Source: Selaginella moellendorffii
Lineage: Eukaryota > Plantae > Lycopodiophyta
Length of the DNA: 64,000 nt
NCBI RefSeq assembly: GCF_000143415.4
Contig: NW_003314272.1
Location: forward strand, 1,212,184 to 1,276,183
Reading direction: 5' to 3'
This document shows, in pieces, positions 24,284 to 35,524 of the stretch (its first letter is position 1; each line of letters begins with the position of its first letter). The notes under the pieces were generated by a model that worked only from the letters and a program-made list of their open reading frames with translations, made no database searches and was not told the origin of the DNA. The translations under genes were made by a program, and so were the position numbers.

Positions 24284-27063
24284 TTAGTGAGTGACAGGCT
24301 CACTCCGCGGGAAGCTGGCCGTGCTCATGTCAAACCAATTCGAATGGCAGTCGTGCGCGAGGCTCTGCAGGAAAAAATCGTTTAGTTCTATCATCAACCT
24401 TCTGTAGGGATACCTGAGCCTGAGATCTAAAGTACATGAATGGAGTGAATCGAAGAAAATTTGAGACTCGAGAAGTATAGATATCTGCGTACCTGTCAAA
24501 GAAGAAACATAAGAACTAGAGAAAGAGAGACGAAATGAGCTTACTTCTCGATTTGTCTCATAAGATGGCTTTTGTCCCACAATCCAGCTCTGGAGAGGTA
24601 ACCCCATCTAAAACGAGCGGTCATTAGCAGAGAAAAGAAGACGGATGAAAAGTAGGCAAACCTTTTGTTGAAGTACTCTCCATCCGCCTCGAGCATTGGC
24701 GCAATCTTCTGATCGATGCGAGTCATTAGGACGAGCAAGTTTTGCATACTATCAGCCAGTTCGTCAGTGTCCATCGTCGTCGCGGCATTCGTCTACAGAG
24801 AAACAAAATCTCGGTTTGAAAGTTTCCAGCTCAAACATCTGCACAGACCTGTGCTTCACGTCCGCTATTACGGCGCTGAAGCGCAAGGCGGAGCTGATTG
24901 AAAACATCGCCTACAACTTCTTTTTGGTTCATGAGCTCGATGAGCTTCGCTCTATGGTCTTTACCGTATGCCAAGGCATTCACCTGGGTCCAAAAAAAGT
25001 ACAGGTAAGAGATTGAGAAAACGCATTTTCACCTCCTTTTCGAGCTCGGAACAAATGAGAGCAGTCCTCCACCGAAGGTGAACCTTGGATTGACTAACGT
25101 CAGTGTAGATATGGTCTCCAACGTAGAGCGTCTCGTCGCCGTGGACACCGAGAGCTTGCTCCACCATTTGCGCGCTACCACCACAATACAAACCACCTAT
25201 AAGGCAAGCCGGAAGTTCATACATAGCACTGAACCAGAGTAGTACCTGGGTTTGCTTTGAAACATGGACGCATCAAGCCATCCTTGGTAACGATCTCGTA
25301 CAAGGGATGTGACATTTGGAAAAACTCTGGCTTTCTCGCTGACACAATCACCTGTAAGCTCCCAAGGACAGAAATCAGAATAAAAAAGGTACATTGTATG
25401 TTACCATGTCAAATAGATCCCTCCAGTCCATGTTATTAGGAAGAAACTGATTGTAAGCGTACTGCATCATTTTGTTAGTGTATTGATAGTCCGAGTTTGT
25501 GATTAGAAGAAGCTTTTTTCCTGCCTGAAATGGCACGAGAATAAGTAAAATGTAAGAAAAAGCGAAAGAGCTTATCACGTAAATATGTTTCACCTCTCTT
25601 TGATCCAAGAGTGTCAAGGGAAGCTCAGCATCAGGCTCTACAAAACGCTCTGGCTCGTTAACTATTTCAGCCTGCGTGCTTGAAATGTGTGAGAAAAATA
25701 ATCCCGAGTCAACTACTCACAGCACCTTCAATCTTCCTTCTACGTGAGCTCTGAAAAGGGCTTTCGCCACAACTTTGTAGAGGCTGTTGTAATCCAAGGG
25801 TCCAAGCTGTGGTGGTATAGCACCCTCATCCAATCTGTCAACCATCTGCACGATCAATCACACTCTTGTAACAAGAAACAAACAAACAACGATTCCCGCG
25901 AACCTGCATGTACATTACAGCCTCCGAAACCGAGAACAGTGTGTTTAGAAACTCCCATCTGTTCTCGTTACGTAAGTCTACAAGCTCACGGCCATAGATT
26001 TCACTGCACCGAGGAATAAAAGAACTCCTCAAATCACTCTTGACGGAAACGAGAATCAATTACCTTATCGTGCGATTGGAAACCATTCTAGTCCCATGCA
26101 TTGCTCTCTTTACGTAGCCAAATCGGTCGGCCTTCACGAGATTTCCCTTTTCCTTGTCCATGATAAGGCCTCGTATAACCTGGCCAGTTTAAAAGAATGT
26201 GAAAAACTCACGACAGCTACACAGAATACCAGCTCCGGGTCAAACTTCAGCCCATCTACTGGGTACCCCATGCTTCTCAAATTGTCCATACCATACTTGT
26301 ATGCTCTCCCTTCCCAAGCCTGCAAGAAAGAGAGTTTCGAGAGAAATAAAAATCACAGGAGAGAAAGAACTTACATTGACATTATACTGAATCAAAGTGT
26401 AGTCCATGTCGTAGCCAATTGCTGCGATGGAGCGAAGATTTAATGTCCTGCTACAGAAAATTCCTCGTGACGCTATTCCATGAGGATACTGTGCCTGTCA
26501 ATAAAAAAGAAGAAAGAGTCTGTAAAAGAAGTAAATCTATCAGGAGAAACAAGAAGGAAAAAGAATAAAAATCATCAAAAACATACTGGAACATTTAGTT
26601 CTTCCAGAAGGCACTCTGCCTCGCGTGCTTCTTCTCTTGCGAGTTCTTCAATTGATCCGGGAGCCAGATCTACGCTTCCTGATAGAATAGAAAAACTACA
26701 TTGTTAACAAATACTAGAGAATATAAACAACGGGAGAACGATACCAAGATCTTCACGCTTGACGGTCATGTCTCCCATCGTGCTCTCGCCCAGATAATCA
26801 ATGTCGAACTTGCTATCGCTCGGGTTCCTCACGACATCAAACTTATCGGCAACTTGCTCTCTTTTCCTACTCCCATTGCTACGATCATCATCCACGGCAT
26901 TCTCATTCCCGCCCTTGGTCACCGACAAGACCCTCAGCTGAGCCAATGATCCCCTCCGGCTGGAAATCGGGGCCAAAATCCCACTCCTAGAGCTGCCCGG
27001 GCCATGATTCTTGGCGAAGACAATCGCGCCGACGGCGCCCATTCTAGAATCGCGCATTGCCAT
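24284..27063 (-). CDS. HAD-superfamily cytosolic-IMP-type 5'-nucleotidase (cN-II family), multi-exon, probable plastid transit peptide
   Basis: GIFCSRTLNLRSIAAIGYDMDYTL (HAD motif I DxD), LLLITNSDY, LYVGDHIYTDV, WRTALI, YADIYTSRVSNF. Confidence 0.92.
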
Positions 27064-27314
27064 ACCTCAAAAGCCCTGATTCGTCGCCGAGACCTCGCGC
27101 TGCCCCGGGCGATGGCGAGAGCGCGAAGGACGAATCCTCTCCTCGCTCGATCGATTCTTTTGAGTGGGGCCAGTCACAGCCGTCGGATCGCAGCCAACGG
27201 CAGCGATCTTCTCATCCATAGCATATATATAGCGTCAAACCCTTAGGGCTAGGGCTAGGGCAAGGGTCCATTTGCGTTTTTGCGGCGTAGGGAGCGAGAA
27301 GCGAGCGAACAAGG
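27064..27314. promoter_or_regulatory. Short bidirectional promoter between the nucleotidase and RPL41
   Basis: 251 bp between divergent ATGs; TATA-like ATATATAT (~27223-27230) and telo-box-like AAACCCTTAGGGCTAGGGCTAGGG (~27237-27260). Confidence 0.55.
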
Positions 27315-27458
27315 ATGAGGGCAAAGGTATGTCGCGCTAGAGATTCTTCTTTGCTCTAGATTCTTCTCTGAATCGCTTGTGTGCATTTCCAGTGGAAGAA
27401 GAAACGCATGAGGCGGCTCAAGCGCAAGCGCCGAAAGATGAGACAGAGATCCAAGTAG
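27315..27458 (+). CDS. RPL41: Ribosomal protein L41 (eL41), 25 aa; exons 27315-27326 and 27393-27458
   Basis: Spliced translation MRAK|WKKKRMRRLKRKRRKMRQRSK*; 66-nt GT-AG intron. Confidence 0.97.
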
Positions 27459-27855
27459 GAGGAGGGAAGCGCCCGCGCCCGGTGAGTGCCAAGTAAGAGT
27501 TACTCCACTCTTGGCACAAATCTTAGCAAAAGGTGTGGCGGCATTCCTCCCGTTTTTCCTTTCTTCCAAGTCAAATGTATTCGAGGCTATATTTCAGTAA
27601 AATCTCACTTTGATCTCGTTTATTGATCGATCGGTTTGGTTCTTCAATTCTGATAGATTCACATATTTCTGTTACAAGGAAACTATGCCCGTTTGGATTG
27701 AGAGCTCAAAAAGATAAGCTAAGATCGATCGATTTGGTTCGATTCTGATAGATTCACAAAAACTTCTGTTACAAGGAAAGTAAGAGTCTACTTAAAAGAA
27801 CATACGGCTGTTTATACGGCCGTAAAAATCTTAAAATACGAAGAGATCTCTCATT

Positions 27856-29298
27856 TTATATTAGTTCTAGCAACACAACGACCATTGCCAAAACCAATGC
27901 ACGAAACCTCCAATGATTTCCGGGAAGAGAGGAAGAACTTTCTTGCCGGGAAGAAGCAGCGTCCCATCCCAACACCGACGGCGACGACGACAACGAAGAG
28001 CCATCGTCCTCGCACTTGGCGATGCCAAACGAATTGAGATCGCCCAAGGCATCGTTTCTCTCGTCGTCGATCAATACATGGCAGAGCCCCGAGTTGTTCT
28101 TGACGACCAAGTTCCTCCCCAGCCGGCTAAAGAACTGGCGCGAGAAGGGGAGCTTCCCGGAGAGCCGGTTGGAGCTGAGATTGAGATGATAGAGCGCGCT
28201 CAATCCGGCCAGGGACGCCGGGACGCCGCCGCTCAGGAAATTCCCATCCAGCGCTAGTGAATTCAATCGCGGCAGCGAGCCAATGCTGTCCGGAATAGGA
28301 CCCGAGAGCCCGGAGCCCGATAGCGCCACCATCTCCAGCCCCCTGAGATTGCCCAGGAAGCCTGGAACACCGCCACCTAACAGAGGATTCCCGCGCATGA
28401 AGAGATTTTCCAGTCCGGCTAGCGCCGCCATCGATCCGGGGATGCCACCGCTGAGATTGTTGTAGCTCAAGTCGAGGAATCGCAGAGGACTGGTGGAGCT
28501 GGGTAGAACAAGACCACCCTGGATGCGATTGGAGCTCAAATCCATCTTCTCCAAGCTGGAAAGAGAACCCACCTCGGGCGGGAAGGGGCCGGAGAGATCG
28601 TTGGAGCTAAGATCCAGGATCATGAGCTTCGAGAGCCCGCCTAGGCTGATGGGAATGCTACCAGAGAGAAGATTGTGGCTGAGAACGAGCTGCTTGAGAT
28701 TGACAAGGCGCCCCATCTCCGCTGGGATTGATCCAACGAGACGATTCTCCGTGAGGACGAGGCGCTCCAGGGATGTGAGGTTGCCCAGCTGAGGCGGGAT
28801 CTCTTCGGTTAGCGCGCTGTTGTCCTGGAAAGTGAGATGGACGAGTGACTTGAGCTGCGAGACCTCGGGCGGGATGCCCATGGGCTTGCCGAAGAAGCAC
28901 TGATAGAAGAAGAGCTTGCGGAGACGCGAGAATTTGAGGATGGATCTGTGGATGGTGGCATTAGCGGCGCATGGGGGATTGTTGACGCTGTCCGACACCC
29001 AACCAAGATTGAGCTCCACGACGCGAAGCTTGCCATCGTCGGAGAGGTCGCAATTCACGCCGTGTGGGCCGCCAGTGCAGGGATTGTCGCCCGGGAAGAG
29101 CGCCCTCCAATCGATCTCGCTATTGATCGCGCCCAGGACGTCGAAGACCGCCTTGGCCTCCTCGGCGTCCATAGCCGGATCTTCGTTCACTGCTGCGTAG
29201 TCCAGTGATGATCCCCCATCGCTGCGAATCGAGGAGACTGACAGAGCGAGGACTAGATAGAACAGGAGTGATCTTTCGAGTAAGACGATGGAACCCAT
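27856..29298 (-). CDS. LRR receptor-like protein without kinase (TMM/PII-2-related clade), intronless
   Basis: Signal peptide, Cys-pair cap (NPCTGGPHGVNC...NPPC...LRKLFFYQCF), ~10 plant LRRs LxxLxLxxNxLxGxIP, Ser-rich linker, hydrophobic C-terminus. Confidence 0.9.
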   Translation of the reverse strand: MGSIVLLERSLLFYLVLALSVSSIRSDGGSSLDYAAVNEDPAMDAEEAKAVFDVLGAINSEIDWRALFPGDNPCTGGPHGVNCDLSDDGKLRVVELNLGWVSDSVNNPPCAANATIHRSILKFSRLRKLFFYQCFFGKPMGIPPEVSQLKSLVHLTFQDNSALTEEIPPQLGNLTSLERLVLTENRLVGSIPAEMGRLVNLKQLVLSHNLLSGSIPISLGGLSKLMILDLSSNDLSGPFPPEVGSLSSLEKMDLSSNRIQGGLVLPSSTSPLRFLDLSYNNLSGGIPGSMAALAGLENLFMRGNPLLGGGVPGFLGNLRGLEMVALSGSGLSGPIPDSIGSLPRLNSLALDGNFLSGGVPASLAGLSALYHLNLSSNRLSGKLPFSRQFFSRLGRNLVVKNNSGLCHVLIDDERNDALGDLNSFGIAKCEDDGSSLSSSPSVLGWDAASSRQESSSSLPGNHWRFRALVLAMVVVLLELI

Positions 29299-32200
29299 TT
29301 TACTTTCTTTTTTCTCTCTCGCGATTCGCTTGGACGGTACTACGCAACAACAGCACCCAAGTAAAAGAGGAAGGGAATGTCCCGCAATAGGGGAACAGCG
29401 CGATCCAACACGCGAGAGTGGTAGGGGAGCGTTATTAGAAAAATCGCTTTTTTACGCTCAAAAAGGGCAAACGACGCGAGCCCTGCTGATGGGCAGCGCG
29501 GATCTTTCGTGCTCGAAGTAGAAATGCGAAGAAGGGTGGGAGGATACCATCGCGCGAGAGAGAGAAAGAGAGGATTACACACTGCTGGCAACCCAAAACG
29601 GACGATCAAGAGCTCGCTAAAAGCTTATCCCTGCGAGGAATTCCCCTGGTTGCAGAGAAATCGTCCGGTCAGACGGATCGGTGAATCAAAAAAGGGGGAA
29701 AGAAAGAGAGTAAGAAAGAGGAAGACAAAAGCTCTTTCGATCGATCATTCATCACCTGTTTGATGTGCTGGGTTTGAAAGCCACACGCATGCCGGCCAGG
29801 ACCATTGCCCAGCAGAGCACAGGCCAGGCTTTTTTAACACCTCCTCGCAGCTTTGCTCTGTCCCTTCCTTCGTCTTCCTCGCTCTGAACACACTGGTCCC
29901 CAAAAGGAGGGAAGAAAGCAAAAAAAAATCCAACCGAAAACTCAATCCCCTCAAATCCGATGAGCGAGCGATTCACTGGAAGAGGGTTTTCGAATGCGCT
30001 CGCCCGAGCTCGGCAGATCGTTCTCTCTCTCGATCGCAAACTCGGCGCAGTGGTGTGGTGTTTTTACTGCCTCGTTGTGAAACGGGACTGGAGACCGTTA
30101 GGTTATATCGCTGTGATAAAGGAGCGCGAATATTCCCAGAGGTTCGCGCCACCGTTTTCGATTTTGACTTGGACAATGACCCTGATCCGAGCTTTCCATT
30201 TTCATCGCGTTAGATTACACACAAAACCATGTACTATCAGGGTATGGTTTTCTGGGCCCCCGTAATAGCGACCATGGCCATTCCGATACCAATCCAAACG
30301 TTTGGTTCTTACCACATTGGAGCATTTTCTCGAGGATATGTTCTCGAGGAGGTGGTAAAAAATTTCTTCCTTTTCTTTTTTACTTTTGGTTTTGAATGGT
30401 TCTTGTTTTTCTTCCGGGGTTTCGATGCAAATCCGTCGCTGTAGCGGCATTCAAGCCTTGCCCTTTCGGGGCAGCAAATGCCAGCGAGCGGCATCAAGAA
30501 AACAGGGGCCACAGAGCCCACAATTACGCATTTTGCTTGTTCTCTCGCGCTCTCTGGGCCGCCCTGTTACCAGAGAACCCGAATTAAACACTCAAAATGG
30601 ATCGCTCGCAGCACTCGACCCACACAAAAGAAGCCCTTGCGGATCATAAAAGTGATTTTCCTTCTGGTTTTAGAGCCTGGCCCGGGAAAACCTTTGAATG
30701 CAACATAAGTTATCTCGCTCGCTCGCTCGCAATCTCTGCGTGTCGATCTCCATTGCTTGAATGAGAGATCTTTAGAAGCGCCGTAGCGAAGTTTAAAAAC
30801 GAAAGATATATATATATATATAAAAAAAACAAGGTGATGGATCAATCAATCAAACAAACCAGCCCGTGACATACACCGCGCGATGAATGACAAATGCCCC
30901 GACTGGGCTTCTTGCGCAGGGATGGCGATGGGATTCAAGAATGGAATTTCTGCAACCGGCAAAAGAAACGTCTCGGTTGTCCCCCGCCGTCGGATGCGCG
31001 AGCGGGCCAGGACGGCGGAGATGGCGCTGCACGGAAGCCGCAGGACAAATACCCTCCATTTGCGCGCAGTAAATGCCAATGGATAGGTGACTGCGCTCCT
31101 AGGTGTACGGAAGAATGATTGATCGTTTTGTCACACAGCTCCATTCTTATCTTTCTTGCGTATACGAGATACAATAGGCTGGTTTTGCTTAGGCTTTAGG
31201 GATTCTTAGCGGATTTTTGGTTTTGCCGGAAGATTTGCAAGGACGGTGGTGCATCCTCGAAAAGTTTTCCTCGCTTTGCTAGTTTAGGTTTCATAGCTGA
31301 AATAATCGACGCTGTGCTCGATCCGCCACACCCTCCTCGAAAACGAGGGGTGGAAGAGAGCGAAACGCAACGCCCGCGCGCGGCTTTAAAGGTGCATTGA
31401 GTACAGTAATTATCCTCTCCAATCACCACCACGCTATAGCTACGAGAGACCTATTCGAAGATAAAGGTCGTGGAGTGGGGTGACTATTTGGGTAGCCTCC
31501 CCTCCCCATAGTAGCCTGCCTCGGTAAACGCCTGTGATGGCACTGTGACGGCAAATTCACGTGCCTATAAAATTATGCCAGACGCCGGTACACATTCCCG
31601 TCTGTAACGACATCAAAGAAAAGGGGCATATTCTGGGCGGATCGGGACGGCCAGTAACGGCATATGCTTAAGAATATCCAGCGCGGCGCTGACGGCGACG
31701 TTACCGGTCACCCGCCGTACGACAGGTCAAGCGCCGTTTTCCGAGGAATAAGCGAATTTTCCTCTTTAACGGATAACTGTGGGCTCCGCTTTATTTCGTG
31801 TGGTTTTAGGATTACATTAGTTGTCACAGTGAGCTTGCTAATGTCTTTTGTGTATTCAGCCAATCTTTCACGGTCTTTGACACCTTGTTCAGCAGTCTCC
31901 AATCCTCGCCACTATTGATCCTCTCTCGTTGTGCATCCAATGGAAGAACAAAAAACACCCTTTGCAATATAGGATGAGAGGAGGCCTAATAAATAGTCTA
32001 CTCATATAAAAACATACTTTAATTCTTAATATATTCGATATCTTCATACAATTATATATCTATCTATCTATATATTTGTTTTGATAGTTTCTGGATGCCC
32101 ATCTTGAAGCATGAGAGCGATGGATATGGTCCCATCTTAAAGTATGAGACCGATGAATTGCAATCTGGGTAATTTTAGTGGTGTCATTCTATGTCTTTGG

Positions 32201-32584
32201 CATCCTCAATCCTTACCCATTTTAGCTTCTTGGGGTGCCTAGATCTTTACTTGCATTCCTTATGTTGCAGTGTCATATGATGTAGGGAGAACTAGTGGCT
32301 TTGTTTGTAAGGAGTGGGTGTCTATTGGGTTCAGCTGATCTCTTGTGTTCTATCTCCTATTAATTTGTTAGTTTATTTTTCAGTCCGGAATTTTTTATTT
32401 AAAACTAATTATGTCTATTACAAAATATTTTTTAATTCATACAGTTGGACTTAATTTTCAAGGTTGAATTTTAAGTACACATTGTAGCTACAAGAATTCT
32501 TAATTGCACTTCTAGCTAGCCAATGTGTCAAGAAGCCTAACTTCAGAATTTTTAATAGGAAATAAAATAAAAGAATACAAAAAG

Positions 32585-32586
<2 letters not shown>

Positions 32587-32644
<58 letters not shown>
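32587..32644. repeat. (AT)n microsatellite, about 29 units
   Basis: Uninterrupted AT run. Confidence 0.95.
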
Positions 32645-32646
<2 letters not shown>

Positions 32647-34410
32647 AGGATGATAATTTTAAAATATTTTTAGATATATACTATTTTTGAGAAGTAAAAT
32701 TATATCCACATGAAAATGGTTTCATTATATTCATTGTCTTGTTATTTTATGCATCCAAGACACATAAAAACAGTTTTCAATTGAAAGACTAAAGAGTAAA
32801 CCATGACTCAATTAATAAAATAGTGAACAACTTATAAGAAATCTCTTTCACAAAAATTGTTACCACCTTACTAGGATAAAAGTGAAAGAGCCCATCCAAA
32901 AAAATGATCCATAGCTCTTAGAAAAGCTTAGGCATATAAGCAATATCAGTTATAAATAAGCATTATTACACTTCTTTTCTGGTTAGTAAATAGTTTAACA
33001 GTTTACATAATCAGCAGATTAGGAAATCAATGCTATGGTTAGTAAAATAAATCTTATCCATTGAATTAAATTATAATGAAATTTGAACTATTAAAAAAGA
33101 AGAAAACATATAAAACAAAAAAACTCAAAATATAGATAATTTTCATGCAACAACACTTAGTTTTCTTAATAATTGTGTTATTCCTGGTTAGTTTTAATTA
33201 TTAATCCAACTGATCAATAATTGTAAACATGTTTAATGTAAGATGGTAGTATAAATTAAAATATACTAGAAAGTGTTTAGAAAAGTTTATAAATTATGAA
33301 TTTTTTTATAAATTATAAATATATGTTTAATCTAAATGAATAACAATCATTATATCCTTTACTTAAGCAAACTATAAATCCATTAAACCTTACTCCAGAA
33401 GAAGAATCTCTTTACTCCATCCCCCAAATAAGATGCTTGAGAGGATCACTGTTGGTGCGTGGCCACTAGGTCTGCAGCCCATCTTTTTCGACCCAGATAG
33501 CATTGTGATCAAATCGTATTCGAGAATTCTACCATTGATTATCCACAAAGGTACAAAGACCAGAAAAAGGTAAAGAAGGATTTGAAATTGCTCAACATGG
33601 GGGCCATGTTTCACGATGTGTTTGTCAAAAGGGGGGTCCGCCGGCAGACACGAATCATGATCAAAAACTTATAAGCGGCGGAATAAATCAATCCAGCAAC
33701 TACCAACCGTCTTGACTTGGGATCCAAGCACTGGATCAGAGATTCCAAAATCTATCCCCATTGTTCCCCATATCTTGAGGCCCAAGTATACTACAAGTAG
33801 CAAACGCTCCTTTTGCTGGCCACAATACGAACACCGAAGGAACAGTGACCCGGCAACTAGCGAAACAAAGCACTAGACTTTTTGCTTGCTTCTCACGAGA
33901 TCAGTGAGTGTGTGAACTGAGCTGCAACACTGGAATGATGAACGCACCAGCTTTCCGGGAGAAAGCGTAATTCAAGAAAAGATTCAAAGCGAAGTGTGCG
34001 TAACACCTGCATTCAAACCCAAAACTCTTTCTTTTTCATCTCAATGTTTCTAGAGTATCTACCAAGAGACGTGAATTGCTAAAGGTCTCTGGCACGTCGA
34101 GAAGTTGCGATCATAATTTTTGTTTTTGCTACTAGTGGGGTTGTCTCCAGTGGATCATGGGTTATAAAAAAGTCTCAAGCTCGTAGTGTGACGACCAGAC
34201 GAGCACAGGAAGATTGCGAGGGAGTCAGTTTTGCGGTGAGACTTCTTCTCTTTTTTCTTCTCCTCCCGTGACTCCACTAGTGGAGCTTTCTCCGAGAATA
34301 TTGTGGGCTTGCAGCTCATAAATCTTGTACAATCTTGACCAGCTGCTTCGATTCTACACGAGATCACGTTGTTTATAAGACCTGTGCTTCGTGGATGCAG
34401 GCACAGGATC

Positions 34411-35383
34411 ATGGACTCCAAGCCGCTGCTCACTGCTCTCTCGATCTTCTTCCTGGTTTCTACAGCACTCCTTGCAAATGCCGATGCCAAGAAGCCGGGT
34501 GGCCACCACAAATATGGCAGAGGCGGGAGCCAAGGATCATGGCAATGGGGAGCCCACGCGACTTACTACGGTGGGAGCGACGCATCTGGGACAAACAGTA
34601 CGATCCAATTCTCTCCACTCCTTGATCTTGATCTTATTCACGAGCTTATATACTCCCTCTCGACAAAATCTGGTTTTGCAGATGGAGCATGCGGCTATGG
34701 AAACCAGCTGAGCGCCGGCTATGGAACCATCACCACTGCTCTAAGCACCCCTCTCTTCCGCGGGGGCAATGTGTGTGGAGCGTGCTACCAAGTCCGGTGC
34801 TGGGGCGATCCAGCGTGCCTCCCGGGAAATCCCTCCGTCGTCGTCACCGCCACCAATCTCTGCCCGCCGGGGAGCAATGGCGGCTGGTGTGATCCGCCCA
34901 AGCCCCACTTTGATCTCTCGCAGCCGGCATTTTCTCGCATCGCCAGGATCCCCAACGGCCACGCCCAGATCCAGTACCGAAGGTAAACCAACTTTCTTCC
35001 TCGATCGCTTGGAGGAGCGATCTTGGTTTGATCGGATGGATTCTGATCCAATGCTCCATCGATCCAGGGTCAAGTGCCAGCGGCAGGGAGGGATTCGCTT
35101 CACGATCAATGGCCACACTTACTTCAATCTGGTGCTCGTCACGAACGTGGGCGGCATGGGCGACGTCGTGGGCGTGTCGATCAAGGGATCTAGCAGCGGC
35201 TGGCGATCCATGAGCCGGAACTGGGGCCAGAACTGGGAGGAGGGAAGCAATCTCAATGGCCAGGCGCTCTCCTTCCGCGTCACCACCAGCGATGGCAGGA
35301 CCGTCACCGCCTACAATGTCGCGCCCGGGGACTGGCAATTCGGGAGAACTTACACTGGCAACACCGCCTCGCAGTACTACTGA
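34411..35383 (+). CDS. EXPA: Alpha-expansin (267 aa; exons 34411-34597, 34682-34982, 35068-35383) with a basic Gly/His-rich stretch after the signal peptide
   Basis: [32 protein letters not shown]; [13 protein letters not shown] insertion. Confidence 0.95.
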
Positions 35384-35524
35384 TCGATCCCAAAGCTCTC
35401 GTTTGATTGATCGAGAGATAGAGCTTATATCCCCTGTTTTTTTTGTTTGAGCTGAGCTGAGCTGAGGTGAAAATTTCTTCTCTCACCCGCTGCTCTACAA
35501 GATCTTAATCTCTACTATGATAGA

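Noticed and set aside
29300-31450. Many 60-100-aa ORFs upstream of the LRR-RLP
   Set aside because: Low-complexity, purine/pyrimidine-tract-rich sequence typical of UTR or promoter; no coding signature, and no convincing miRNA hairpin seen by eye.
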